A stretch of DNA of 64,000 nucleotides from Candidatus Multivorans sp. (GTDB taxonomy: Bacteria; Acidobacteriota; Thermoanaerobaculia; Multivoradales; Multivoraceae), in NCBI GenBank assembly GCA_965224025.1, contig OZ245033.1:2720001-2784000 (forward strand), given 5' to 3'. The position numbers and the translations under genes are program-made. Position 1 is the stretch's first letter; every line of letters starts with the position of its first letter. Under the pieces are notes generated by a model, which was given only the letters and a program-made list of their open reading frames with translations, was not told the DNA's origin and made no database searches. Positions 31,150 through 40,943 of the stretch are shown here, in pieces.

Positions 31150-31634
31150 CAGCAGTCCTTCCCGTCTTCGAGGCTGAATCCCAGCAGCCCTGCAACTTTT
31201 CCCTGGACGTCCAGGATCGTGTGCGCGGCGGCGACTTCCCTCTCGAGCCGCTTGACCTTCGCTTCCAGCCGCTTCACCTTCGGCATCAGAGGGTTGGCCT
31301 CGACAGGCTTGCGGCCCCGCTTCTTCGGCCTCAGACCGGAAAGCGCGCCCTCGCGCCGCGCCTTGCGCCAGTTGGCCAGATGGGAGCTGTACAGACCCTC
31401 TCGCCGCAACAGCCGACCCACCTCGCCGCGGTGGGTGCATCGATCCGCTTCCTCCAGAATCCGCAGCCGGTACTCCGCCGTGAACTGCCGTCGGGTCGGC
31501 TTCGCTACGACCTCCGGGTCGGGAACGCCCCCCGCGGACGCCGCGCCGGCCGCGGGGGCCTCGTCGCTACGCTCCTCAACCCCCGCGGCCGGGAGCTCCG
31601 AGCCGCCGCCAAACCTCTGCTCTCGTCTTGACAT
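31149..31634 (-). CDS. IS3 OrfA (HTH) protein
   Basis: RRQFTAEYRLRILEEAD…LLRREGLYSSHLANWR; AAGGAGG RBS; TGATG overlap with orfB. Confidence 0.9.
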   Translation of the reverse strand: MSRREQRFGGGSELPAAGVEERSDEAPAAGAASAGGVPDPEVVAKPTRRQFTAEYRLRILEEADRCTHRGEVGRLLRREGLYSSHLANWRKARREGALSGLRPKKRGRKPVEANPLMPKVKRLEAKVKRLEREVAAAHTILDVQGKVAGLLGFSLEDGKDC

Positions 31635-34413
31635 TGATCCTCCTTGCCAACGCGTGCCCTCCACTATTCAACGGGATGCCCGCTGTGTCACGTACGTTGG
31701 CAGAGAGGGGCAGGCTTCTTCAAGACTCGAAGTGTTGTAGCCACCGTAGAAGGACCAGACGCTGTCTTGCTTCGGTAGCGTGTCGCCAGTCGAAGTTGCG
31801 TCCGAGACTTCGAGAACGGCGGGTAGCACGAAGTCTGCGAAGGCACCGGCAGCGTGTTCCGCCGAGTGTTGGAACGTCCTCTCCGCAGCGGGGTCGTAGC
31901 CCAGTAGGCCCCGGTGGCCAGGTGTCTTGCCGTCGGCGGGGAAAAGCACGAGTCGGCGCGGGAGCTGGTGGGCCAGAAGCTCAGCCACCCACTGTGGATG
32001 CTCCTTCTCCATTCCGTGGACGCTGTCCCAAACTGTGATGTCGGACGAAGACTCGTCTTCGAGTTGGTCGAGAGTCCCGTTGTCTAGCAGTCGAAGGAAG
32101 AGCTCAAACAGACGGAGGCTCCCTCTCGGGCCAATCCGTTGTACGAAGAATCGAAGCCTTCGAGGCCACTCGCCATCCTTGTCCGCATACGGTTCGAGCA
32201 GAGCCGCTGTGCGGTCAGGAGCGTGTCGTTGGTGTACTCGCAAGTACCCCACCGCCATGTCAGCGAGGGGGTTGTTCCCCGCCGCGAGCCAGTCCGCGAC
32301 GGCGCCGCACTCATCGGCGAAGGTGAACCAACTCGGTGAACCGGAGAAATGTCGCCAGGCCAACGTCGGGAGCTTGTCGGAGTTTGCCCGGCCCTCCTTG
32401 ATTGCCTGAATCTCTGGTCCGATCCACTCGTTCCAGATGGCCCATTCATCCTCTCTCGGGCCAGCAGCATCAGCTAGGACGGCGAAGATGAGGTCCTTGA
32501 CGTGAGTTCGGACCCTCTTGTCCGAGAGCAGAGCGCGAAGCTCGCCCACATAGCGAGTCGGGTCAATCTCGCGAAGATAGGCCAGCACTTGGCGGACTTG
32601 AGCGCGTCGGAACAAGTGCTGCTCGGTGTCGGTGAGCAGCGGCAGCAACGGCTCGTTCTTGGTGCAGAAGATACGTGCGAAGCAGTAGTCGAAGAAGCTC
32701 TCGTGACCAAAACCGTAGCGATAGCCATCGAAGTCGATCACACCAGCAGATGACATCTGGTGCAGGTAGTCGGGTGACACACAGTCCAGTGCTTCCTTCC
32801 GCACTGAGAGCTGCTGAGAGGAAGTCATTTCGGTGCAGACAGTCTCAACGACTTTCAACCATTCGTCCGACCCTGCCCGCTCTCGGACCGAGGACCGCCT
32901 GTAGTCCCAGTATCGATCGAACAGTTCTCTCGTCGTGCCGAACGCAGGCGCTTCGGCGACGCTGAAGTCGGCGTCGAGAAACAGGGACAAGTTCTGTGGG
33001 AGGCGCAGGAGTTCAAGCTGGGGCCGACCAAACCCGTTGAGATCGTACTTCGCGTCGGTGAGAGTGGTCTTGACCTCGTCTATCGAGAACGGACTGACGT
33101 TGACTCGGGATGCCATGTCAGGGATGAGCCGGCGAAGACTGGAGTCGTTTTCCCAGTCGAAGGTCCGGCACACGACGACCGTGTGAATCGGAGCGCGCTG
33201 TCGAGAGCCGCGGGCCTCCAACAGCAGATCCTCTACGAGTTCAAAGGCGGGTGTAGTCCTTCCAGACATGCTGCTGACCGCGTCAAGCTGGTCGATGATC
33301 AGGACGCCGTGACGCCCGGCGGCCTCTGCCGCTGCGGCGAGCACGATTGCGGGCGACTCCTCAAGGCCGAGATGCTCTCCTAGCTGCGGTGTGGTCAGTT
33401 GTGGGTGCAGCCGGTCGAGACGGAAGACCAACACTGGGATCTGCCGCTCACGCAGTGACTCCGCGACCTGGATGACGCACGCCGTTTTGCCCGAGTCGGC
33501 CTTACCGGTGAGCACGTTGTCCGAGCCTGTTCCCTTCAGTAGTTCGAGGACCTCGTCCGCTGCGGGTCTCGGGACAAGGTTTTGGCGGATGAGTCGCCTC
33601 TTCGTGCGGACCAAGTAGCGCTCGTCCGTCGCCTTCTCAAGAGCGACGCCGGCCTGCTCCGGGTGGCGCAGATTCCGGAGCTTGTAGCCGCGACTGGCGA
33701 GCTTGGCGGTTGAGTCTTCGCGAGTGATTGTCTGGTTGACTGCGTCATCGACGACTCGGAGAATCTCCGCCACGACTTTCCGCGGCTCGGCAAGGAACTT
33801 TCCCGGTACCGCGTTGTGCAAGTCCCTTTCCAGCGTGCGATCGTCTATCGTTCTGACCTCGGCCCTCTTCAAGCGATCGAGAGCGGTCGAGGGGGCGCAG
33901 TCCCACCAGTCCTTCCATAGCCTCTTGAAGTTCCGACGTCGGCGGTCGTTGAGAAAGTCTTTCTCCAGTTCCTGCAGAGAAGCCGCATCCGCTGCGGCGG
34001 CGCACAGTTCATCAAGCTCCCGTGCGTGACTGCCGGAAGCGAAGATGAACCGGGCGTCGGGGTCGCTCAGTGTTTCACCGATTGCCTGAATGAGCCCATG
34101 GCCGGGAGAGGCTAGGTCAACCAGTGTCCACTTGCCGGTTGAACTACCCATCTTGGCTTGGTGGAAGGTCCGCTGCTGCCCAGTGGCAACGACGAACTCC
34201 GCCTTCTCGGCATCGAGTCTCTCGATACCGATCGAATCTGCGGAACCGCCGACCATGGCCAAGAAGGCGCGGGCGGTCCACAAGCGCTCGTAGAGATTGC
34301 CGAGCTTTTCTGCGGAGCCGCCTCTTAGCGGAAGGTGTCGCGCGTTGTTCTGGGGTCTTCAGACGGAAGTAGAGGTGCCCCTCGGGCTCTGACCAGCGGG
34401 ACGGTGGGGATTG

Positions 34414-36732
34414 CTAGCGTGGGATGCGGGCGACCTGAACGAGCTTACGAGACAACTTGGACGCGTCCTTCTCATCCACGACGACCGGCCGGATGGGCCC
34501 GCCAGCAAGACACTGTTCGAGAAAGCTGTCACGAGGAATCCAGTAGGCAAGGGCCGTGCGCTTGGGAGGCAGGAAGTCGCGGATATGCCAAATCTCTTCG
34601 CGGCCGAAGTCAAAGAAGACGGGTGCCCTAGTGTCCACCCATCTATGTAGAAGTTTGCTCTTTCCCCACCACTCCAGTCCGTAGACCACGGGGTCGATAT
34701 CGAGAGGCTCCATTGAGAGGCCCATGTAGAAGTACGCTGCGTCGAGGCCACCCCGGTCGCCATCGACGACCGGAACCTGTCAACGACATTGACACAGCGG
34801 GGTTCAGGATTTACTGAGTGGTCTCTGCAGTCTCGTTGTCGGGCTTGTTGATCCAGACGGCCCGGGGCAGTGGCGTGTGCATCGGTTGGCCGCCGACGAA
34901 TCGTTCGGGTGAGCTCTCCCAGGCGGCGCTCAGCGTGCGTTGGCGCTGCTCGATGACGGCTTGCGCCCGGCCGTAGTGGACGGTCTGGGGAGTCAGCATG
35001 GCGATGCCGGCATGGCGGTGTTCGGTGTTGTACCAGGGGAAGAAGGACCTGCAGTAGTCGGTCGCGGCGTCCTGGCAGTTGAAGCGGCTGGGGAAGTCGG
35101 GGTGGTACTTGAGGGTCTTGAACTGTGCTTCGGAGTAGGGGTTGTCGTCGCTGACCCGCGGTCGGCCCAGGGAGCGGTTCACGCCGAGGCGGGCGAGCAG
35201 TTGGGCGGTGCCCTGGCTGGTCATGGGGGCGCCTCGATCGGAATGCAGGGTCAGGACATGGGGCTTGACGCCGTGCTTGAGGCGGGTCTCCTCGATGAGC
35301 CTTTGGGCGAGCGCGGAGTTCTCGCGGTCGGCGACCATCCAGCCGACCGCGTAGCGGCTGAAGAGGTCGAGCAGGACGTAGAGGTAGTAGTAGGTCCAGG
35401 TCTGCGGTCCGAGCAGCCTGGTGATGTCCCACGACCAGACCTGGTTGGGCGCGACAGCGACCAACTCCGGCTTGGCGTACGACGGATGGACGCGCTGATT
35501 GCGGCGGTCCCTCACCGGGTGGTTCGCTTCGAGGATGCGGTACATCGTGCGCTCCGAGCACGGGTAGCGGCCCTCGTCGAGCAGGGTGGCCACCACTTCT
35601 CCCGGCGAACGATCGACGAAACGCGGCGACGCAAGCGTGGCCTCGACCCGTTTCCGCTCGATCTGGCTCAGTGCCCGGGCAGGCGTGGGGCGGGGCTGCC
35701 GTCGCCCGGGAGCGGGCCTCGCACGACGATAGAAGGTCGATCGCGACACGCCCAGCGCCCGGCACGCCGGCGCGATGCCGACCTGCCGGGCCAGGGACCT
35801 TGCCGCCATCAGCAGTCCTTCCCGTCTTCGAGGCTGAATCCCAGCAGCCCTGCAACTTTTCCCTGGACGTCCAGGATCGTGTGCGCGGCGGCGACTTCCC
35901 TCTCGAGCCGCTTGACCTTCGCTTCCAGCCGCTTCACCTTCGGCGTCAGAGGGTTGGCCTCGACAGGCTTGCGGCCCCGCTTCTTCGGCCTCAGACCGGA
36001 AAGCGCGCCCTCGCGCCGCGCCTTGCGCCAGTTGGCCAGATGGGAGCTGTACAGACCCTCTCGCCGCAACAGCCGACCCACCTCGCCGCGGTGGGTGCAT
36101 CGATCCGCTTCCTCCAGAATCCGCAGCCGGTACTCCGCCGTGAACTGCCGCCTGGTCGGTCTCGCCAGCACTTCCGGGTCGGGAACCGCCCCGGCGGGCG
36201 CCGCGCCGGCCGCGGGGGCCTCGTCGCTACGCTCCTCAACCCCCGCGGCCGGGAGCTCCGAGCCGCCGCCAAACCTCTGCTCTCGTCTTGACATTGATCC
36301 TCCTTGCCAACGCGTGCCCTCCACTATTCAACGGGATGCCCGCTGTGTCACGTACGTTGGCAGAGAGGGGACCCAGATCATGTTGCCGTAGAAGAGCTCC
36401 CGACTTTCGAGCTCACTCTGTTGGATTGGCGAGTGCTGGAACTCGACAACAAGATCTGTGTCTGTCTTGACGTCTGCGAAGTGGCGCTCGCCCGTGTCGC
36501 CGTCGATGTGGACGACCTCCTGGCACTCTTACGGAAAACAATCCTTCCAGTTGCGGTGCCAGTCCGTCTCGTTCTCGGCCCAAGGATCGCATCGTCTTCT
36601 GCCCTTGTGGGCCCAATGCCATGCGACGAAGTCGCCGCACTTCGCAATCATCCCGTGGTTGCACCGGCAGCAGCGACCGCGCAAGCCGCGGTTGGGCCGA
36701 CATCGTTTTCCGTCAACTATCGCGAATCTCAT
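34414..36732 (-). pseudogene. CoiA-like nuclease-family gene, broken by a premature stop and IS3 copy 2
   Basis: CCRC…MIAKCG…WHWAH…CDPWAENETDWHRNWK; TAA 36529-36531; HFADVKT…VEFQHSPI…RELFYGNMIWVVDG rejoined across the IS. Confidence 0.82.
34771..36369 (-). mobile_element. IS3-family insertion sequence, copy 2 (1599 bp), TSD GAC; orfB 34811-35809, orfA 35809-36294
   Basis: GAC at 34768-34770 and 36370-36372; same orientation and length as copy 1. Confidence 0.93.
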
Positions 36733-36787
36733 TCAGTCCTGTTTCCTCAAAGGGATGCTTGTGGCTGCCGACCGCGGCTACGGATTC

Positions 36788-38275
36788 CTACCGCGGCCGC
36801 AACAACGGAAACAGAATCACGTCCCGGATCGAAGGTGCGTCGGTCAGCAGCATGACCAGACGGTCGATGCCGAGGCCCAGTCCGCCGGCGGGGGGCATGC
36901 CGTACTGGAGGGCCTCGACGTAGTCGCGGTCGAAGCGGTGGGCTTCGTCGTCGCCGCCCTCGCGGGCGCGGAGTTGCTGGCGGAAGCGTTCGGCCTGGGC
37001 GTCGGGATCGTTGAGTTCGCTGAAGGCGTTGGCGATCTCCATGCCGCCGATGAAGAGTTCGAAGCGCTCGGTGAAGCGCGGGTCGTCTGCTGACAGCTTG
37101 GCGAAGGGGGAGACCTCGATCGGGTAGTCGTGGATGAAGGTCGGTTGAATGAGCTTCGGCTCCACGAGGCGGTCGAAGATGGCGATCAGGAGGTTGCCGT
37201 AGCCGGGGTTCTTGGACTCCGTTTCGTCGTGCTTTGCCAGTTCGGCGGCGAGCGCCGCTTCGTCGTCCACGGTGGCGGCGTCGAGGCCGCCGATCTCGAT
37301 CAGTGAATCCCGCACGCTGTAGCGGGGCCAGGCGGGTGCAAAGTCGATCTCGTTGTCGCGGAAGGTGGAGGTCGTCTGCCCGTTGCCGTTGACGGCCACG
37401 ACGATCTGGCCGAGCAGTTGCTCGGTGACGTCCATCAACTGCTCGTAGTCGGAGTAGGCCCAGTAGAACTCGAGCATGGTGAACTCGGGGTTGTGCTGGG
37501 TCGAGATGCCTTCGTTGCGGAAGTTGCGATTGATTTCGAACACCCGGTGCAGCCCGCCGACGAGCAATCGCTTGAGATACAGCTCCGGCGCGACGCGCAG
37601 GTAAAGGTCCATGTCGAGTGCGTTGTGATGGGTCACGAAGGGTCGGGCCGCGGCGCCGCCGGGGATCGCCTGCATCATCGGGGTCTCGACCTCCAGGAAG
37701 TCGAGACCGAGCAGGAAGCGGCGGATGGCGGCGATCGCCCGCGAGCGGACGACGAAGCGCTGCCGGGACTCGGGCGAGTTCAGGAGATCGAGGTAGCGCC
37801 GGCGGTAGCGCTGCTCGCGGTCGGCCAGACCGTGCCACTTCTCGGGCAGGGGCCTGGTTGCCTTGGCGAGGAACTCCAGGCGGTCCGCCATGACGGTCAA
37901 TTCGCCGGTGCGGGTGCGGATCAGGACGCCGGCGGCGAGCACGTAGTCGCCGATGTCGAGCTGGGAGAGCAGCCACCACATGTCTTCGCCGACCTGGTTG
38001 CGGCGCAGAAGAACCTGCACCTTGGAGCCGGCGGCGTCCGAGATGTCGAGAAAGGCCGCCTTGCCGTGGGTCCGGTGGGCGCGGACGCGGCCGGGAACCC
38101 GGAGGGGGATCGCGGCTTCGTCGAGTTCTTCGGCCGTCCGATCGTCGTAGCGTTCGCAGACCGTGCTCGGTTCGAGGTCGTAGGCGGCGCGGGTCGGGTA
38201 GGGCTCGATGCCCCGCTCGCGCAGGCGATCGCGCTTCGCGCGCCGGTTTTCGATCTGCGCTTCGAGTTCGGACAC
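36788..38275 (-). CDS. lysS: Lysine--tRNA ligase (class II)
   Basis: LPEKWHGL, RYRRRYLDL, GGAAARPFVTHHN, RNEGISTQHNPEFTMLE, YGMPPAGGLGLGIDR. Confidence 0.97.
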   Translation of the reverse strand: MSELEAQIENRRAKRDRLRERGIEPYPTRAAYDLEPSTVCERYDDRTAEELDEAAIPLRVPGRVRAHRTHGKAAFLDISDAAGSKVQVLLRRNQVGEDMWWLLSQLDIGDYVLAAGVLIRTRTGELTVMADRLEFLAKATRPLPEKWHGLADREQRYRRRYLDLLNSPESRQRFVVRSRAIAAIRRFLLGLDFLEVETPMMQAIPGGAAARPFVTHHNALDMDLYLRVAPELYLKRLLVGGLHRVFEINRNFRNEGISTQHNPEFTMLEFYWAYSDYEQLMDVTEQLLGQIVVAVNGNGQTTSTFRDNEIDFAPAWPRYSVRDSLIEIGGLDAATVDDEAALAAELAKHDETESKNPGYGNLLIAIFDRLVEPKLIQPTFIHDYPIEVSPFAKLSADDPRFTERFELFIGGMEIANAFSELNDPDAQAERFRQQLRAREGGDDEAHRFDRDYVEALQYGMPPAGGLGLGIDRLVMLLTDAPSIRDVILFPLLRPR

Positions 38276-38278
38276 GGC

Positions 38279-39151
38279 TCAGTTTGATTCGCGGGCCCAG
38301 AGAACGCCGTCGGCGATCAGGTCGGAGGTCAGGCGCGCGATGCCGACCGCCGCGGCGCCGCCGATCCGGAGCACGTCCTCGTGGTCGACGGGTCCTTCCT
38401 CGAGGCCGACGCCCATGTTCGTGACCAGGGAGAAGCCGAGCACGCGCAGGCCCATGTGGCGCGCGGCGATGACTTCCAGCACCGTCGACATGCCGACCAG
38501 GTCGACGCCGAGCGCCTGGTAGGCGCGGATCTCGGCCGGCGTCTCGTAGGAGGGCCCGAGCAGACCCAGGTACACCCCTTCGCCCACGTCAATCCCGGCA
38601 CTGCGGCCGAGTTCGACGAACCGGCGGCGGAGGGCCGGGTCGTAGGCGCCGGCCAGGTCGGGGAACCGGGGGCCCCAGCTTGCCGGCATGCGGCCGCGAA
38701 GGGGGTTCAGACCGGTCAGGTTCACGTGATCGGAAATTGCCGCGATCGACCCCGGCGGCAAGTCCCGCCGCAGCGAGCCGGCCGCGTTCGTGACCACGAG
38801 CGAACCGGCGCCGAGGAGCGCCGCCAGGCGCACCAGGTAGACGACCTGGGCCGGCGTGTAGCCCTGATAGGCGTGCAGCCGGCCGCGGCAACAGAGCAGG
38901 AACCGGCCGTCCGGCGTTTCGACCACTTCGGCGGTCGTGGCGTGGCCCTCGATCGCCTCGACATCGAATGGGAGCAGATCGCCGAACGGCCACGGGCCGG
39001 CCGCCGGCGCGCCAAGATCGAGGCTCAGACCGGAGCCGGTGACTAGGAGAGCGTCAGGCCGAGGCCACCCCGCGTGGAGCCAGCGTGTCCGGCTTTCCTC
39101 GAGTTCGGCTGAGAGACCCGTGTCCGGCCCTGTATTCTTGCGCAGACTCAC
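38279..39151 (-). CDS. punA: Purine-nucleoside phosphorylase (trimeric type)
   Basis: GSGL, GRLHAYQG, TNAAG, GPRFPDL, GPSYETPAE, VGMSTVLE, SLVTN; start approximate. Confidence 0.92.
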   Translation of the reverse strand: MSLRKNTGPDTGLSAELEESRTRWLHAGWPRPDALLVTGSGLSLDLGAPAAGPWPFGDLLPFDVEAIEGHATTAEVVETPDGRFLLCCRGRLHAYQGYTPAQVVYLVRLAALLGAGSLVVTNAAGSLRRDLPPGSIAAISDHVNLTGLNPLRGRMPASWGPRFPDLAGAYDPALRRRFVELGRSAGIDVGEGVYLGLLGPSYETPAEIRAYQALGVDLVGMSTVLEVIAARHMGLRVLGFSLVTNMGVGLEEGPVDHEDVLRIGGAAAVGIARLTSDLIADGVLWARESN

Positions 39152-39229
39152 TCCCTTGATCCCCCGTCGCGGAATGGGGGGAGACGATACACGACCGGTT
39201 CGCCGTTGCGGCGGCGCGAGAGGTGATCC

Positions 39230-39811
39230 ATGACCGACAGCGGAATGCCCCGGGTGCTCATTTCGACGGAGACGCTGCAGCGTCGGATCGACGAACTGGC
39301 GGCCGAGATCGAACGCGACTACGCCGACAGCAGGGACCTCCTCTGTGTTGGCGTGCTCAAGGGATCGGTGTTCTTCCTCTCCGATCTGGTGCAGCGACTG
39401 TCGCGGCCGCTGGTGGTCGACTTCTTCCAGACCTCGAGTTACCGGGGCGAGACGACCTCGCCCGGCGAGGTGCGGATCCGGCGCGACCTCGACCATTCGC
39501 TGGCCGGGCGGGACGTGCTGCTGATCGAGGACATCGTCGACACGGGCTACACGATGCGCACGATCATGGCGCTGATGGGTTTCCGCGGCGCTCGTTCGGT
39601 GCGCCTCTGCGTCTTGCTCGACAAGGCGTGCAAGCGGGAGACAGAAGTCCATATCCACTACCGCGGCTTCGAGATCGACGACGTGTTCGTGGTCGGTTAC
39701 GGCCTCGACTACAACGACCGCTACCGCAACCTGCCCTACATCGGCGTGCTGGACGACCCGGCCGCAGCTAGGAGCGAACCTGTCCAACGAACCGGGACGA
39801 ACTCAGTTTGA
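39230..39811 (+). CDS. hpt: Hypoxanthine phosphoribosyltransferase
   Basis: GVLKGS, SSY, LIEDIVDTGYT, FVVGYGLDY…YRNLPYI. Confidence 0.96.
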   Translation: MTDSGMPRVLISTETLQRRIDELAAEIERDYADSRDLLCVGVLKGSVFFLSDLVQRLSRPLVVDFFQTSSYRGETTSPGEVRIRRDLDHSLAGRDVLLIEDIVDTGYTMRTIMALMGFRGARSVRLCVLLDKACKRETEVHIHYRGFEIDDVFVVGYGLDYNDRYRNLPYIGVLDDPAAARSEPVQRTGTNSV

Positions 39812-39836
39812 TGATCGCTGGGTCCGGCGCTAGTCT
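39808..39836 (+). promoter_or_regulatory. Sigma70-type promoter for the Cys-rich peptide gene
   Basis: TTGATG-17 nt-TAGTCT; RBS TAAGGAG at 39855-39861 before ATG 39870. Confidence 0.6.
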
Positions 39837-39869
39837 TCTGTTTGCCCCGCAAGTTAAGGAGAAACTCTC

Positions 39870-40127
39870 ATGAGAACCACGAGTTGGTTTCGGGGCCCAC
39901 TTCTGATCGGACTGTTCGTCGCGCTGCTGATCGGCGCTCTGCTGGCACCCCTTGCTCCGCTCGGCGCCGACAACAAGCCGGGGCAAGCTACGAGCAAGAT
40001 GCCAGGCTGCGGGGAGTGCGTGACCCTCACCTTCAGCTCGTGGTTTGAAATCGAGTGTAGTGGCGGCGGGGAAACGCCGTGTGATACCGGGAGGGATCTC
40101 AAGTGTTTCTGGTCGACCCAAACCTGA
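39870..40127 (+). CDS. Small secreted Cys-rich peptide (85 aa)
   Basis: Hydrophobic signal peptide ending LGA|DNK; Cys at 47, 50, 63, 71, 79; strong RBS. Confidence 0.7.
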   Translation: MRTTSWFRGPLLIGLFVALLIGALLAPLAPLGADNKPGQATSKMPGCGECVTLTFSSWFEIECSGGGETPCDTGRDLKCFWSTQT

Positions 40128-40882
40128 AGCCCGTGACCACATACTCCTGGCCTCAGGAGTGGGGCGACGATATCCACTTCCGTGACGGAGGCTCGGGCCG
40201 ACCCACACTGGTCCAGGAAGTTGAGGGAGCTCAAGACGGCCTCGTTGCCTGGCTTTACTTTGCGAAGCGCGACCGCGACGGCATCATGCGGTTCGCGTTG
40301 CCCGCCGGGGATGGGGATGCGGCAGTTACGCCAACTGGCTTTTGGCCGCAGATGACGACCGAGGCTCACCCACACGTACCGCTCTTTCCCTCCCGCCTGG
40401 CGGCGACGGCCGGTGAGAACGCAGACGTCTACGCACTGCGCGTGGACGAAGGGCTCTTCATCCAGCGTCTGGCGGGCAGCGGCGAACGCCTGAACGTGTT
40501 TCCCGACTGGCCCGGTCCGATGCCGGACCTTCCTCCGCTAAGTCAGATGGAGCACTACCCCCAATGGTGGCAGGCGGTCGAGAACGCGAGCTTCCCGGCC
40601 AGTCTCTATGCGGAGGGGCCGCACCTCTACGTGCTCATCCGGTTGGCGGCGGCGGGCGGACCGGAATGGGAGTTGCACGCGGTCGATCCGGTGGCGGAGT
40701 CTCTGCTGCATCGCGTTCGGCTGCCCACGCGGGCCACGCACATATCGCTTGTGCCCGGACCCAGGCACTGGGTGCTCCTCGAAGCATCGAGCTACTTCGA
40801 CGAGGAGTCGCGGAGACCGACGCGCCTGCTGCTCCTGGACGCCGAGGCCATTCGCAACGGTGAAGAACTCTCGTGTAGCTGA
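40103..40882 (+). CDS. Hypothetical beta-rich (propeller-like) protein, probably N-terminally truncated
   Basis: Blade-like segments (SLYAEGPHLYVLIR, WELHAVDP, LLHRVRLP); no signal peptide; overlaps peptide 3' end. Confidence 0.55.
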   Translation: MFLVDPNLKPVTTYSWPQEWGDDIHFRDGGSGRPTLVQEVEGAQDGLVAWLYFAKRDRDGIMRFALPAGDGDAAVTPTGFWPQMTTEAHPHVPLFPSRLAATAGENADVYALRVDEGLFIQRLAGSGERLNVFPDWPGPMPDLPPLSQMEHYPQWWQAVENASFPASLYAEGPHLYVLIRLAAAGGPEWELHAVDPVAESLLHRVRLPTRATHISLVPGPRHWVLLEASSYFDEESRRPTRLLLLDAEAIRNGEELSCS

Positions 40883-40943
40883 CCCGCGTCGCCGGGCACG
40901 GCCGCTTTCGACCGGGCCCGGCGGCGGTCAGCAGAGGGATCAC

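Larger units (their letters stand above)
30111..31709 (-). mobile_element. IS3-family insertion sequence, copy 1 (1599 bp), TSD GCA
   Basis: Near-identical to 34771-36369; GCA at 30108-30110 and 31710-31712; imperfect subterminal IR CTGTCAACGACATTGACACAGCGGG / CTGCCAACGTACGTGACACAGCGGG. Confidence 0.93.
28234..34334 (-). pseudogene. Large STAND/NACHT-like NTPase with N-terminal nuclease-like domain (Avs-like), split by IS3 and a C8 frameshift
   Basis: N-term GGSAEKLGNLYERLW…AEF…HQAK; Walker A LTGKADSGKT; Walker B VLIIDQLDAVS; FGHESFFDY; removing IS 30111-31709 plus one TSD copy restores SSLEEACLSGLERAL; frameshift at 29407-29414; ~1500 codons. Confidence 0.8.

Noticed and set aside
30280-31740. 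486-aa plus-strand ORF (and its twin at 34940)
   Set aside because: Antisense to the IS3 transposase
30111-36369. Composite transposon that imported the STAND fragment
   Set aside because: Each IS has its own TSD (GCA, GAC) and interrupts a gene that continues outside, so these are independent insertions
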